Positions 31,732 through 43,500 of a stretch of 64,000 bases of DNA are shown here, piece after piece (within the stretch, counting starts at the first letter, position 1; the number at the start of each line of letters is the position of its first letter). This DNA is from Clostridium sp. CAG:354_28_25 (GTDB taxonomy: Bacteria; Bacillota; Clostridia; TANB77; CAG-508), in contig MNRL01000010.1 of the NCBI GenBank assembly GCA_001915925.1, positions 6,140 through 70,139 on the forward strand, in the 5' to 3' direction. Below the pieces are notes generated by a model that was not told the origin of the DNA, searched no databases, and saw only the letters and a list, made by a program, of their open reading frames with translations. The position numbers and the translations under genes are program-made.

Positions 31732-34700
31732 ATGGACGAGTTAGAAGTCTTTGATAAAATAAAAATTGGTTTAGCTTCTGATGAAAAAATAAGAGAATGG
31801 TCAAAAGGTGAAGTTAAAAAACCAGAAACTATAAACTACAGAACATTAAAACCAGAAAAAGATGGTCTATTCTGCGAAAGAATATTTGGACCTACAAAAG
31901 ACTGGGAATGTCACTGTGGAAAATATAAAAGAGTTAGATATAAAGGAATCGTTTGTGATAGATGTGGTGTAGAAGTTACAAAATCAAAAGTAAGACGTGA
32001 AAGAATGGGACACATCGAACTTGCAGCACCAATTGCACACATTTGGTTCTTTAAAGGAATACCTAGCAGAATAGCATTAATGCTAGATATTTCTCCAAGA
32101 AATCTAGAAAGAGTTATATATTTTGCATCATATGTAGTAACAGATAAAGGAACATCAGGCTTAATGGAAGCACAAGTTTTAAATGAAAGAGAATATCATG
32201 AAGCTGTAGAAAAATACGGTAAAGATTCATTTAAAGCAGAAATGGGTGCCGGAGCATTAAGAAAATTACTAGAAAAAATAGATCTAGAAAAATTATCTGC
32301 AAGCTTAAAGAAAGAAATTTCTAAAGCAAGTGAGCAAAAGAAAGTAAAATTAGTTAAGAGATTAGATACAGTAGAAGCATTCAGACTATCTGGAAACAGA
32401 CCAGAATGGATGATTATGAATGTTGTACCTGTAATTCCACCAGATTTAAGACCAATGGTTCAATTAGATGGTGGTAGATTTGCAACATCTGATTTAAATG
32501 ACTTATATAGAAGAGTTATAAACAGAAACAACAGATTAAAAAGATTATTAGAATTAGGTGCACCAGAGATAATTGTAAGAAACGAAAAAAGAATGTTACA
32601 AGAATCTGTAGATGCATTAATAGATAATGGAAGACGTGGTAGACCAGTAACAGGTGCTGGTAATAGACCATTAAAATCATTATCAGACTTATTAAAAGGA
32701 AAACAAGGTAGATTCCGTCAAAACTTACTAGGAAAAAGAGTTGACTATTCTGGACGTTCAGTTATCGTTGTAGGTCCAGAACTTAAGATATACCAATGTG
32801 GTCTTCCAAAAGAAATGGCTGTAGAATTATTCAAACCATTTGTTATGAAAGAATTAGTAGGAAGAGGAATTGCACATAATATTAAAAATGCAAAAAGAAT
32901 GGTAGAAAAATTAAGTCCAGAAGTATGGGAAATATTAGAGGATGTTATAAAAGATCATCCAGTAATGTTAAACCGTGCTCCTACATTACACAGACTTGGT
33001 ATTCAAGCATTCGAGCCAGTTTTAGTAGAAGGTAGAGCGATAAAATTACACCCATTAGTTTGTACACCATTTAATGCTGACTTCGACGGTGACCAAATGG
33101 CTATTCACTTACCATTATCACCAGAGGCACAAGCAGAAGCTAGATTTTTAATGTTATCTGTAAACAACTTATTAAAACCACAAGATGGTAAACCAGTTAC
33201 AGTCCCAACACTAGATATGGTTCTTGGAAGTTATTACCTAACAATGGCCTTAGATGGCGAAAAAGGTGAAGGTATGTACTTTAAAGATAAAGATGAAGCT
33301 ATAATGGCTTACGAAAACCATGATGTTGGAATACATGCAAAAGTATATGTAAGATTTAGCAAAGAAGTAGACGGAATAGTTAAAACAAAGAAAGTACAAA
33401 CAACAGTAGGAAGAATTATTTATAATGAAGGAATTCCACAAGATTTAGGATATGTAGATAGAACAGATCCAGAACACGAATTCGACTTAGAGATAAATTT
33501 CCCAGTTATAAAGAAAAACTTAGGAGATATAGTAAACAGATGTATTAATGTACATGGGTTATCTAAATCTGCAGAAGTTTTAGACTATATTAAAGCAACA
33601 GGATTTAAATATTCTACACTTGCAGGGGTTACATTCTCTGCAGCAGATGTTAAAGTACCAGCAGCAAAAGCTGATATATTAGCAAAAGCCGAAGAGCAAG
33701 TAGAACAAATAAGAAAACAATATAAACGTGGTTTAATAACAGACGAAGAAAGATACAATGCTGTTATTAACGTATGGGATAAAGCAACAAATGATGTTAC
33801 AGAAGCAATGAAAGAAAACTTTGATGACTTAAACCCAATATACATGATGGTTCAATCTGGAGCCCGTGGTAATATGAACCAATTAAGACAAATCGCAGGT
33901 ATGAGAGGTCTTATGGCAAGTACTACAGGTAGAGCAGTAGAAATTCCTATTAAATCATCATTCGCAGAAGGTCTAGATGCCTTAGAGTACTTCATTTCTG
34001 CACATGGTGCTAGAAAAGGACTTTCTGATACAGCTTTAAGAACAGCTGACTCTGGATATTTAACAAGAAGATTAGTTGATGTATCTCAAGACATTATCGT
34101 AAGAGAAGAAGACTGCGGAAGCCATGACGGAATTGTTTTATGTGATATAAAAGAAGGAAACCAAATAATCGAAACTTTAAGAGAAAGATTATTAGGAAGA
34201 TTTGTTATAGAAGATTTAAAAGATCCTAATACAGGAGAAATTTTAGTAGATACTAATACAATGATAACAGATGCAATAGCAGACAAAATAGTAGCTGCTG
34301 GAATTGAAAAAGTAAAAGTACGTTCTGTTTTAGGATGTAGATCAAAACAAGGTGTATGTCGTAAATGCTATGGTATGGGATTAGCAAGAAAAGACTTAGT
34401 AAATATAGGAGAAGCAGTAGGTGTTATTGCAGCACAATCAATTGGTGAGCCTGGTACACAGCTTACTATGAGAACTATCCACTCTGGTGGTGTTGCAGGT
34501 GTTGCAGATATCACACAAGGTCTTCCTAGAGTTGAAGAGTTATTCGAAGCTAGAAAACCAAAGGGACTTGCAATTATGGCAGAAATATCTGGTAAAGTTA
34601 AAGTTGTAGAAGACAAGAAAAAGAAAGAAGTTGTTATTACTTCTAAAGATGATTCTAAGACTTATACAATACCATTTGGTGCTAAACTAAAAGTTATGGA

Positions 34701-35265
34701 TGGTGACGAAATAGAATCAGGTGACCCAATAACTACAGGTTCATTAAATCCAAATGATATACTAAAAGTAAAAGGAGCAGAGGGAGTATATACTTACCTT
34801 GTACAAGAGGTACAAAAAGTTTATAGAAACCAAGGTGTTGATATAAACGACAAACATATCGAAGTTATCGGAAGACAAATGATTAAGAAAGTTAGAATAG
34901 AAGATAATGGAGATACAGACTTATTCCCAGGTTCTTTAGTAAATGTATATGACCTAGAAGAAGTAAACGAAAAAGCTATAGCAGAAGGAAAGAGACCTGC
35001 AACAGCAAAACGTGTATTATTAGGAATAACAAAAGCATCATTAGCTACAGAAAGTTTCTTATCTGCAGCATCATTCCAAGAAACAACAAGAGTATTAACA
35101 GAAGCTGCAATAAAAGGTAAGACAGATGAGCTTATGGGGTTAAAAGAAAATGTTATGATAGGTAAATTAATACCAGCCGGTACAGGAATGGATAGATATA
35201 AAAATCTAAAAATTCATGTAGAAGGTCAAGATGAGGAAGAACAAAAAGAAGAGCAAAAAGCTTAA
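31732..35265 (+). CDS. rpoC: DNA-directed RNA polymerase subunit beta'
   Basis: Zinc-binding CHCGKYK...CDRCGVEV, catalytic [12 protein letters not shown], trigger loop/bridge regions. 1177 aa. Confidence 0.95.
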   Translation: MDELEVFDKIKIGLASDEKIREWSKGEVKKPETINYRTLKPEKDGLFCERIFGPTKDWECHCGKYKRVRYKGIVCDRCGVEVTKSKVRRERMGHIELAAPIAHIWFFKGIPSRIALMLDISPRNLERVIYFASYVVTDKGTSGLMEAQVLNEREYHEAVEKYGKDSFKAEMGAGALRKLLEKIDLEKLSASLKKEISKASEQKKVKLVKRLDTVEAFRLSGNRPEWMIMNVVPVIPPDLRPMVQLDGGRFATSDLNDLYRRVINRNNRLKRLLELGAPEIIVRNEKRMLQESVDALIDNGRRGRPVTGAGNRPLKSLSDLLKGKQGRFRQNLLGKRVDYSGRSVIVVGPELKIYQCGLPKEMAVELFKPFVMKELVGRGIAHNIKNAKRMVEKLSPEVWEILEDVIKDHPVMLNRAPTLHRLGIQAFEPVLVEGRAIKLHPLVCTPFNADFDGDQMAIHLPLSPEAQAEARFLMLSVNNLLKPQDGKPVTVPTLDMVLGSYYLTMALDGEKGEGMYFKDKDEAIMAYENHDVGIHAKVYVRFSKEVDGIVKTKKVQTTVGRIIYNEGIPQDLGYVDRTDPEHEFDLEINFPVIKKNLGDIVNRCINVHGLSKSAEVLDYIKATGFKYSTLAGVTFSAADVKVPAAKADILAKAEEQVEQIRKQYKRGLITDEERYNAVINVWDKATNDVTEAMKENFDDLNPIYMMVQSGARGNMNQLRQIAGMRGLMASTTGRAVEIPIKSSFAEGLDALEYFISAHGARKGLSDTALRTADSGYLTRRLVDVSQDIIVREEDCGSHDGIVLCDIKEGNQIIETLRERLLGRFVIEDLKDPNTGEILVDTNTMITDAIADKIVAAGIEKVKVRSVLGCRSKQGVCRKCYGMGLARKDLVNIGEAVGVIAAQSIGEPGTQLTMRTIHSGGVAGVADITQGLPRVEELFEARKPKGLAIMAEISGKVKVVEDKKKKEVVITSKDDSKTYTIPFGAKLKVMDGDEIESGDPITTGSLNPNDILKVKGAEGVYTYLVQEVQKVYRNQGVDINDKHIEVIGRQMIKKVRIEDNGDTDLFPGSLVNVYDLEEVNEKAIAEGKRPATAKRVLLGITKASLATESFLSAASFQETTRVLTEAAIKGKTDELMGLKENVMIGKLIPAGTGMDRYKNLKIHVEGQDEEEQKEEQKA

Positions 35266-35280
35266 TAAGAATATAATAAG

Positions 35281-35315
35281 ATAGAGAGAACTATATAGGT
35301 TCTCTCTATTTTGTT
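35281..35315 (+). terminator. Rho-independent terminator after rpoC
   Basis: ATAGAGAGAAC-tatatag-GTTCTCTCTAT followed by TTTGTT. Confidence 0.7.
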
Positions 35316-35391
35316 ATATAAATGTAAATTAGATCAAAAATATTGAGCCGTAAGTAGTTCGAAAATGGGAAAATATAAGCCAAAAATGTAA

Positions 35392-35421
35392 TTGACTTTA
35401 TACTATAAAACGAGGTATAAT
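35392..35421 (+). promoter_or_regulatory. Sigma-A-type promoter for the first adhesin gene (TTGACT-18 nt-TATAAT)
   Basis: ttgact 35392-35397, tataat 35416-35421. Confidence 0.5.
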
Positions 35422-35455
35422 ATATGCTAGAAAAAATAGAAGGAATTGATGTTGT

Positions 35456-38400
35456 ATGAAGTTATTAAACAAAAAATTAATGTTACTAATGATGGGGATA
35501 ATAGTAATGCTACTTGCATTGTTAACAGGAAAAGTGCAAGCTGCATCACAAGAGTTTGGATTACAAGAATATAGAAAACCAGTAGGAAGTACACAATATG
35601 GTTATAAAGTAAGTGATAAATATGTATGGAAAATAGTAACATATTCTGGTAGTGCAATAAATTATGATAGAACACTTTATTGTTTAAAAGCAGAACAAGG
35701 TTTCTATACTTCAGAACCAGGAGTTTTTAAAGAAACATATAATTTATCATATGACTTTATGAACAAAAATAGTATGAATCCATTACCTGTACCATCACAA
35801 TATTATAATCAAATTGTATGGATTTTAAATCATTCATATATACCAAGTGCATCAACAGCTAGTACAGATAAAGCAACATTATTACAAAATGCAGGAATAA
35901 GTGGAAATAGTGAGTTATCAGATGATGATATAGATGTTGTACAACAATTAGCATTATGGTATTTTACAAATTATGATGATTCAACATATCACAAAGATTT
36001 TGAAAATCAAGCATCTTTCCAAACTGTATTGCAATCAACTAAAACTAGTGGGGGAACAAGTGCATACCAAGCAATCGAAGATATTAATCAAACTAGATAT
36101 GACCAAATGGATAAATTGTTTGTATATCTTGTAGAAAATGCAAAAAAAGCAACAGCAAGTTCTAACAGTACTTCATCACCAATAGCTATGGGAAATACTA
36201 CCCCAACAGTAGAAGTAAGTGGAAGCAATTATATAGTAGGACCATTTAAAATAGATAAAAACAATGACACTCCATATACTATAAACTTTAGTATAACAGA
36301 CCAAAGTGGTAAAAGTTTAGCCGGAAAATATACTTTATTAGACTCAAATAAGAGTCAAACAAGCCAAACTTTAGCACAATTAGTTGGAAGTAATTTTTAT
36401 TTAAGAATACCAATTAGTACAGTAAATTCAGAAAATATTACAAGTCTAAGATTTTCTATGAATGGAAATTATACTATAACAACAGCTACATATTGGACTA
36501 AATCTGGAGATAGTACAGTACAACCAATAGTAGAATTGAGTAGAACACCAAAAGCTTTTAGTGGTAACAAAGAAGTAACATTTCCAAAAGAAGGTTCATA
36601 TAATTTAAAACTTATAAAAGTAGAACAAGGTAATACAACAAACAAATTACAAGGTGCAACATTTAGAATTACAAGTCCAAATGGAACGGTAACAGAAACA
36701 ACAAGCTCAAATGGTGAGATTAATGTAGGACCAATTACTATAAATACACCTGGAACAGATACAATAACAATAGAAGAAACACAAGCTCCAGATGGATATG
36801 AAAAAGTAATAACAGCACCTATAAATGTACAAGTAACAAAAACACTATCAAGTAATACATATACTATGTCAAATGCTGTAATAACTAATACCCAGACGGG
36901 ATCTAGTATAAGTGTAAGTGGAAGTACGATAACAGTAACGGTAGAAAATAAATTAATACCAAAAGACAGCGAATATAATTTAAAACTTGTAAAGGTGGAA
37001 CAAGGAAATACAAGTAAAAAGTTACAAGGGGCAGAATTTAGAATCAATTCACCAACTGGTGAAGTAACACAAACAACAAATGCAAGTGGAGAAATAAACA
37101 TAGGTCAAATTGCAGTAACAGCTACAGGAACAGACACAATAACAATAGAAGAAACAAAAGCACCAGATGGCTACGAAAAAATAATAACAGCACCAATAAC
37201 AGTACAAGTAACAAAAGTATTCGAGAATAATACATATAAAATGTCAACTGCACAAATAACAAATGCACAAACAGGAGCAAGTTTAACATTATCAGGAAAT
37301 ACAATAACAGTAACAGTAGAGAATAAATTAATTCCAAAAACAAGCGAATATAACCTAAAACTTGTAAAGGTAGAAGAAGGAACAAGTAATAAATTAGAAG
37401 GTGCAGAATTTAAAATAAATTCACCAAATGGAGAAGTAACAAAAACAACAAATGCAAGTGGAGAAATAAATATAGGACCAATTGCAGTAACAGCTACAGG
37501 AACAGACACGATAACAATAGAAGAGACAAAAGCTCCAGCAGGATATGAAAAGATAATAACAGCACCAATAACAGTGCAAGTAACAAAAGTATTCGAAAAT
37601 AATACATATAAAATGTCAGATGCGGTAATAACAAATGCACAAAATGGAGCAGATATAAGCTTAAGCGGAAATACAATAACAGTAACAGTAGAAAACAAAG
37701 CAAAATATTTTGATTTAGCATTAAGAAAATATATAACACAAGTAAATGGAGAAAATGTTGCAAATACTAGAGTACCAGTTATAGATACAACATCGCTTAC
37801 AACTGGAACAACAGCAAGTTATAAGCATAGAAAAGATCCAGTTGCAGTAACAACAGGTGACAAAGTAATATACAATCTTACGATATATAATGAAGGACAA
37901 AAACCAGGTAGAGCAACAAAGTTACAAGACCAATTACCAACAGGCTTAGTATTTAATAGAGTAGTGTCTGGAAATTTTGAATTGGATTCTTATAGTGAAA
38001 CAGATAATCTATTAAAATTAAGAAGAACATCAAATACAGATAATCTTGATGCATATAATGGAACTACATTAGATTCAGAAACAATACAAATAGAATGCAC
38101 AGTAACAGCAGTCCCAACATATAAAGAGCAAATCTTAACAAATGTCGCATGGATTTCAGAAGAATATGATGCAGAATCAAATGTAACAATAACAAACGAG
38201 GAAAATGCAGATAGGGATTCTGTTCCAGGAACACATCCAGATGTAAATAAAGATAATATGGAAGATTATACTGGAAATAATAATCAAGAAGATTTAACAG
38301 ATGATGATTATTACTTCAAAGGTCAAGAAGATGATGATGACTTCGAAAAATTAAAAGTAGTATATTTTGACTTAGCATTAAGAAAATTTATAACAGGTAA

Positions 38401-40231
38401 AAATGATACAGCATTAACAGGTAGAGAACCACAAGTAGATGTAACAAACTTAGCAGATGGAACATCTACAACAGCTACATATAATCATCCAAAAAATCCT
38501 ATAGATATGCAAAGAGGAGATATCGTAATATATACAATAAGAGTATATAATGAAGGTTCAATGGATGGATATGCAAATGAAATAACAGATTATTTACCAG
38601 AAGAATTAGAATTTTTACCAGACCATGAAATAAACCAAGAATATGAATGGCAAGTATCTAGTGATGGAAGACATGTTACAACAGATTATTTATCAAAAGC
38701 TAAAGAAACATCATCAAGACAAAACTTATTAAAAGCTTTTGATGGAACAACATTGGATTATAAAGATGTAAAGATAACATGTAAAATAAAAGATACTGCA
38801 GAAGTTGGTAAAAAGCTAACAAACTTAGCAGAAATAACAGAATCTAAAGATTCAGATGGAAATGATGTAGTAGACAGAGATTCTGAAACAGATAATGTAG
38901 AAGTACCAACAGACGAAGATTTACCAAATTATAAAGATGACGAAATAGATAAAGACTATGTACCTGGTCAAGAAGATGATGATGACTTCGAAAAGGTAAA
39001 AGTAGTATATTTCGATTTAGCATTAAGAAAATTTATAACAGCAGTAGATGATACAGAAATAACAAACAGAATACCACAACTAAGTATTGGTGAAGATGGA
39101 AATATAGATTATAATCATACAAAAGAGCCTGTAGAAGTAGAAAATGGTAATATAGTAACATATACATTAAGAATTTATAATGAAGGTATGATGGCAGGTT
39201 ATGCAAGCAGGGTAAAAGATGATGTGCCAGATGGATTGGAATTCTTGCCAGACAACGAGATAAACCAAGAATATAGATGGGTATTATCAGAAGATGGAAC
39301 AAGTATAGAGACCGATTATCTATCTAAAGAGCAAGAACAAACAGAAGGTGCAAACTTAATAAAAGCATTTGATCCAGAATTAGGAATAACGGATACAAAC
39401 CCAGACTATAGAGATTTAAAAATAGCATTTAGAGTAACAGAACCAAACACATCAGATAGAATATTAGTAAATACAGCAGAAATTTCAGATGACAGAGATG
39501 AAAACAATGATCCAGTAGACGATATAGATTCTACCCCAGATAACAATAACGAGTGGAACGAAGAAGATGATTTAGACAAAGAATTTGTAAAAGTTAAATA
39601 CTTTGATTTAGCATTAAAGAAATGGGTAAGTAGAGCAATTGTTACAAACCAAGATGGTTCACAAAACATAATAGAAACAGGACATACAGGAGATGAAGAT
39701 CCAGAGCCACCAGCAAAAGTAGATTTAGGAAGACAAGACATTAATAAAGTAACAGTAAAATTTGAATTCCAAATTAAAATAACAAATGAAGGTGAAATTG
39801 CTGGATATGCAACAGAAGTAACAGACTATATTCCAGAAGGCTTAAAGTTTATACAAGAAGACAACCCATTATGGTATCCAAGAGAACCATTAAACGGAAG
39901 AGAAAGAGTTGGAACACAACAATTAGCAGATACATTACTACAACCAGGAGAAAGCGCAACAATATCAATCCTATTAACATGGATAAATGATCCAAATAAT
40001 ATGGGATTAAAAACAAACATAGCAGAAATAAGCCAAGATGATAATGATAGTGATACACCAGATATAGACTCAACACCAGATAACTTTACAGATGGTGAAG
40101 ACGATATAGATGATGCACCAGTAATGTTAACAGTAGCACTAGGTGATACACAAATATATATAGGTTTAGGATTTGTAATAGTAGCAATGTTAACAGGTGG
40201 AATTTGGGCAATAAAAAGATATGTTTTATAG
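35456..40231 (+). CDS. Giant surface adhesin (1591 aa): signal peptide, N-terminal thioester-domain (TED)-like module, three tandem Cna B-type domains, four DUF11 repeats with acidic linkers, C-terminal TM anchor (KRYVL tail)
   Basis: Signal MKLLNKKLMLLMMGIIVMLLALLTGKVQA. Conserved Cys and Gln motifs TLYCLKAE and DVVQQLALWYFTN (see finding). Cna B repeats ...TITIEETQAPDGYEKVITAP.... DUF11 repeats YFDLALRKFIT...GD.V.YT..IYNEG...V.D.LP.GLEF. C-terminus LGFVIVAMLTGGIWAI-KRYVL. Confidence 0.75.
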   Translation: MKLLNKKLMLLMMGIIVMLLALLTGKVQAASQEFGLQEYRKPVGSTQYGYKVSDKYVWKIVTYSGSAINYDRTLYCLKAEQGFYTSEPGVFKETYNLSYDFMNKNSMNPLPVPSQYYNQIVWILNHSYIPSASTASTDKATLLQNAGISGNSELSDDDIDVVQQLALWYFTNYDDSTYHKDFENQASFQTVLQSTKTSGGTSAYQAIEDINQTRYDQMDKLFVYLVENAKKATASSNSTSSPIAMGNTTPTVEVSGSNYIVGPFKIDKNNDTPYTINFSITDQSGKSLAGKYTLLDSNKSQTSQTLAQLVGSNFYLRIPISTVNSENITSLRFSMNGNYTITTATYWTKSGDSTVQPIVELSRTPKAFSGNKEVTFPKEGSYNLKLIKVEQGNTTNKLQGATFRITSPNGTVTETTSSNGEINVGPITINTPGTDTITIEETQAPDGYEKVITAPINVQVTKTLSSNTYTMSNAVITNTQTGSSISVSGSTITVTVENKLIPKDSEYNLKLVKVEQGNTSKKLQGAEFRINSPTGEVTQTTNASGEINIGQIAVTATGTDTITIEETKAPDGYEKIITAPITVQVTKVFENNTYKMSTAQITNAQTGASLTLSGNTITVTVENKLIPKTSEYNLKLVKVEEGTSNKLEGAEFKINSPNGEVTKTTNASGEINIGPIAVTATGTDTITIEETKAPAGYEKIITAPITVQVTKVFENNTYKMSDAVITNAQNGADISLSGNTITVTVENKAKYFDLALRKYITQVNGENVANTRVPVIDTTSLTTGTTASYKHRKDPVAVTTGDKVIYNLTIYNEGQKPGRATKLQDQLPTGLVFNRVVSGNFELDSYSETDNLLKLRRTSNTDNLDAYNGTTLDSETIQIECTVTAVPTYKEQILTNVAWISEEYDAESNVTITNEENADRDSVPGTHPDVNKDNMEDYTGNNNQEDLTDDDYYFKGQEDDDDFEKLKVVYFDLALRKFITGKNDTALTGREPQVDVTNLADGTSTTATYNHPKNPIDMQRGDIVIYTIRVYNEGSMDGYANEITDYLPEELEFLPDHEINQEYEWQVSSDGRHVTTDYLSKAKETSSRQNLLKAFDGTTLDYKDVKITCKIKDTAEVGKKLTNLAEITESKDSDGNDVVDRDSETDNVEVPTDEDLPNYKDDEIDKDYVPGQEDDDDFEKVKVVYFDLALRKFITAVDDTEITNRIPQLSIGEDGNIDYNHTKEPVEVENGNIVTYTLRIYNEGMMAGYASRVKDDVPDGLEFLPDNEINQEYRWVLSEDGTSIETDYLSKEQEQTEGANLIKAFDPELGITDTNPDYRDLKIAFRVTEPNTSDRILVNTAEISDDRDENNDPVDDIDSTPDNNNEWNEEDDLDKEFVKVKYFDLALKKWVSRAIVTNQDGSQNIIETGHTGDEDPEPPAKVDLGRQDINKVTVKFEFQIKITNEGEIAGYATEVTDYIPEGLKFIQEDNPLWYPREPLNGRERVGTQQLADTLLQPGESATISILLTWINDPNNMGLKTNIAEISQDDNDSDTPDIDSTPDNFTDGEDDIDDAPVMLTVALGDTQIYIGLGFVIVAMLTGGIWAIKRYVL
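36596..37700 (+). repeat. Three in-frame tandem direct repeats of about 375 bp (125 aa Cna B-type domain) inside the adhesin gene
   Basis: Units start at about 36596, 36971 and 37346 (S/EYNLKL[IV]KVE[QE]G...TVENKLIPK). Units 2 and 3 are over 90% identical at the nucleotide level. Confidence 0.8.
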
Positions 40232-40281
40232 GGAATAAGGGACGTTCCTAAAATCCCGGGTAAACCGGGATTTTAGGAGTC
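40231..40281. repeat. Two adjacent palindromic repeat units (e1 40231-40257 GGGAATAAGGGACGTTCCTAAAATCCC; e2 40266-40281 GGGATTTTAGGAGTCC, truncated) forming a larger inverted structure around CCCGGGTAAACCGGG
   Basis: e1 starts on the last base of the adhesin stop codon. Confidence 0.65.
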
Positions 40282-40328
40282 CTTTTTGCGTTTAAAGAAA
40301 GCTACATATATTTGGCAGGTTCTATTGT

Positions 40329-40355
40329 GGGAAAAAAGGAACGTCCCCAAATCCC
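40329..40355. repeat. Palindromic repeat unit e3: GGGAAAAAAGGAACGTCCCCAAATCCC
   Basis: Nearly identical to unit f2 at 50673-50699 (GGGAAAAAAGGAATGTTCCCAAATCCC). Confidence 0.65.
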
Positions 40356-40514
40356 ACTAACCTCGAATTTTATAAAAAATTATTGTAAACTTAACAAAAA
40401 TGTAATATAATTGTAATGTGGACTAAAAAAATTGACGGAATATAGCAAAAACTGTATCCGTAAGCAGGTTCGAGCCACAAAAAAATAACCATAAAAAACT
40501 GCTATTTTTTGCTA

Positions 40515-40542
40515 TTGACTATTATTTAGAATATAGTAAAAT
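40515..40542 (+). promoter_or_regulatory. Putative promoter of the second adhesin gene (TTGACT-16 nt-TAAAAT)
   Basis: ttgact 40515-40520, taaaat 40537-40542. Confidence 0.4.
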
Positions 40543-40583
40543 ACACTTAGCAGTATTATGAGAAAAAGGATGGTAACGAAACT

Positions 40584-43500
40584 ATGAAACTTATTAAGAA
40601 AATAGCTGTAAGCATCATAGTTATGCTTTTAGCATTAGCTATGGGAACATCAGTATTTGCAGCTACAAATCCAGTTACATTTGGACTAAGTGAATATAGA
40701 AGAGAAACAAACGGAAAACAATATGGATATAGAATAAACAATGGAAATAAAAAAGTTTGGAAAGTTATTGTGTACGAAAATGACGGGACAACAATGAATT
40801 TTGACAATACAATATACTGTTTAAAAGCCGAAAAAGGTTTTTACACAGCAACACCAAATTCATTTAAACAAACATATGATAAAATGGTAGACTTTGCAGA
40901 TAAATCAAATTTAGTACCTGCAATTTTCGAAAACGATGACTATTATTATGCCGCTACATGGATTTTAGACCATGCATATATACCATATTATGCAAAATCA
41001 GGAGATTCAGTAGAAGTACAAGCTCAAAAAACTGAGCAAGCTGCACAAGATAGAGAAGATCTATTAAACGCATCTGGGATGAGCGATTCATTAAAACAAG
41101 AATTAACAGATGATGATATAGATGTAGTACAACAAATGGCATTATGGTATTTTACAAATACAAAAGCAAATGAGAATGCAGATATATATCATGTAGATTA
41201 TGCAGGAGAGCCATCATTCCAACCTGTAGCTATAGCTGAAAAAGGAGTAGGTTCTTATACAACAATAGAAGATGTTAACCAAACAAGAGCTGATGCAATG
41301 GAAAAACTATATCAATATATGGTAAAAACAGCTAAAAGTACAGAAAACATTGAATATTACAAAACACATAATGGAAAAGTAGAAGAACCAATAACATTAG
41401 CTACAGAAGTTAACCCAACAGTAGAATTAGATGGTGGAAATTATATAGTAGGACCATATAAAATAAATAAAAATAATGATTTACCATTCGAATTAAATGC
41501 AAAATTCACAGACCAAGATGGAACAGACTTAAATGGTAAATATACATTATTAAATTCAAGTAAACAAGCAGTATCACAAGGAACAACAATAAAAGATTTA
41601 GTAGGACAAAGTTTCTATATTTCAATCCCATCATCAAATATAGATGATATAACAAAAATAAAATTTAGTTATACAGGTTCATATAGAACTTCATCAAAAG
41701 GATTCTGGACAACAACACAAAATCCAGATACTGTACAACCATTAGTTGCAGTTGAAAAACAAGAAACTCCATTAAGTGGAGAAAAAGAAGTTGGAGTTGC
41801 AAAAAGAGAATTTGACTTATCATTAAGAAAATTTATTTCTGAAGTAAATGGAAAAGAAATAAATAGAGAGCCAACAGTAGATGTATCAAATTTAAATAAA
41901 AACATTGATGGAGCAAAAGTTACAACAGCTACTTATAACCATAACAAAAAACCAGTAGCAGTAAAACCAGGAGATATAGTTACATATACAATAAGAGTAT
42001 ATAATGAAGGTGAATTGGATGGTTATGTAGGAGAAATTACAGATTATTTACCAGCAGAATTAGAATTTATAAATGATGTAGAAAATTATCCAGAAGAAAC
42101 AGACTTTAATGCAGGTTATGGTTGGAAAATTGATGCAAGTAATAATAGAGTAATAAAAACAAATAAACTTGCTTACTCATCAGAAGCAGCAGACAGAGAT
42201 CAAAATGCAAGCAATTTAATAAAAGCATATAATGGAACAACATTAGATTACAAAGAAGTTAAAGTAAAATGTAAAGTAAAGAACTCTACAGAATCATTAA
42301 AGAAGATTACAAATTTAGCTCAAATTACACAAGAAACAGACAGTAAAGGTGGAGCAGTAACAGATAGGGACTCTGTACCAAATGGAAACTTTACATTACC
42401 ATCAGATACAGATTTACCAACATATAAAGATGACGAAATAAATTCTGGAAAACAATATATACCAGGACAAGAAGATGATGATGATTTTGAAAAAGTTATT
42501 ATTCAAGAATTTGATTTAGCATTAAGAAAATTTATATCAGGAAAAAATGGAACAACATTAATAGGTAGAGAGCCATCTGTAGATGTAACAAATTTAGCAA
42601 ATGGAACAGCTACAACAGCAACATATAATCATCCAAAGAAAGCTGTGGATATGGCAAGAGGAGATGTTGTAGAATACACAATAAGAGTATATAATGAAGG
42701 CTCAATAGATGGATATGCAAATAAAATAGTAGATAAATTACCAGCAGAATTAGAGTTCTTACCAGAAAACGAAACAAATATACAATATGGATGGCAAGTT
42801 TCAGAAGATGGAAGAACAGTAACAACAGATTATTTATCAGAAGCAAGAGGAGGCATTCCAGTTTCTACAGCAACAACTTCAAATCAAAATTTAATAAAAG
42901 CATTTGATGGAACAACATTATCATATAAAGATGTAAAAATAGTATGTAAAGTAAAAGATACTGCAGAATTTGGTAAGAAATTAACAAATTTAGCAGAGAT
43001 AACAGAAGCAAAAGATTCTGAAGGAAATGATGTAATAGATAGAGATTCTGAAACAAATAATATGCAAGTTCCAAGTGATGAAGACTTACCAGCATATAAA
43101 GATGACGAAATAAACAACGAATATGTACCAGGACAAGAAGACGATGATGACTTCGAAAAAGTTAGAGTAGTATATTTTGACTTAGCATTAAGAAAATTTA
43201 TTACTGCAGTTGATGACCAAGAAGTAACTACGAGAGTTCCACAATTAAGTATTGGAGAAGATGGAAATATTAAATATGACCATACAAAAGATCCTGTTGA
43301 AGTAGAAAACGGAGATGTAGTTACATATACAATAAGAATATATAATGAAGGATTAATAGATGGACATGCAACAGAAGTAAAAGATGATATTCCAGATGGA
43401 CTAAAATTCTTACCAGATAACCCTATAAATAGAGAGTATAGATGGCAAGAATCGGAAGATGGACAAAGTGTAACAACAGATTACTTAGCTAAGGCACAAG

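Noticed and set aside
36469-37763. Several minus-strand ORFs of 87-210 aa inside the adhesin gene (36469..37101, 37122..37385, 37171..37698, 37494..37763). Similar ones occur inside rpoB, rpoC and the NRPS, HK and giant Fn3 genes.
   Set aside because: They are antisense to strongly supported long genes and consist of low-complexity L/F/I-rich or S/V-rich translations typical of AT-rich antisense frames. They have no RBS and no domain signatures.
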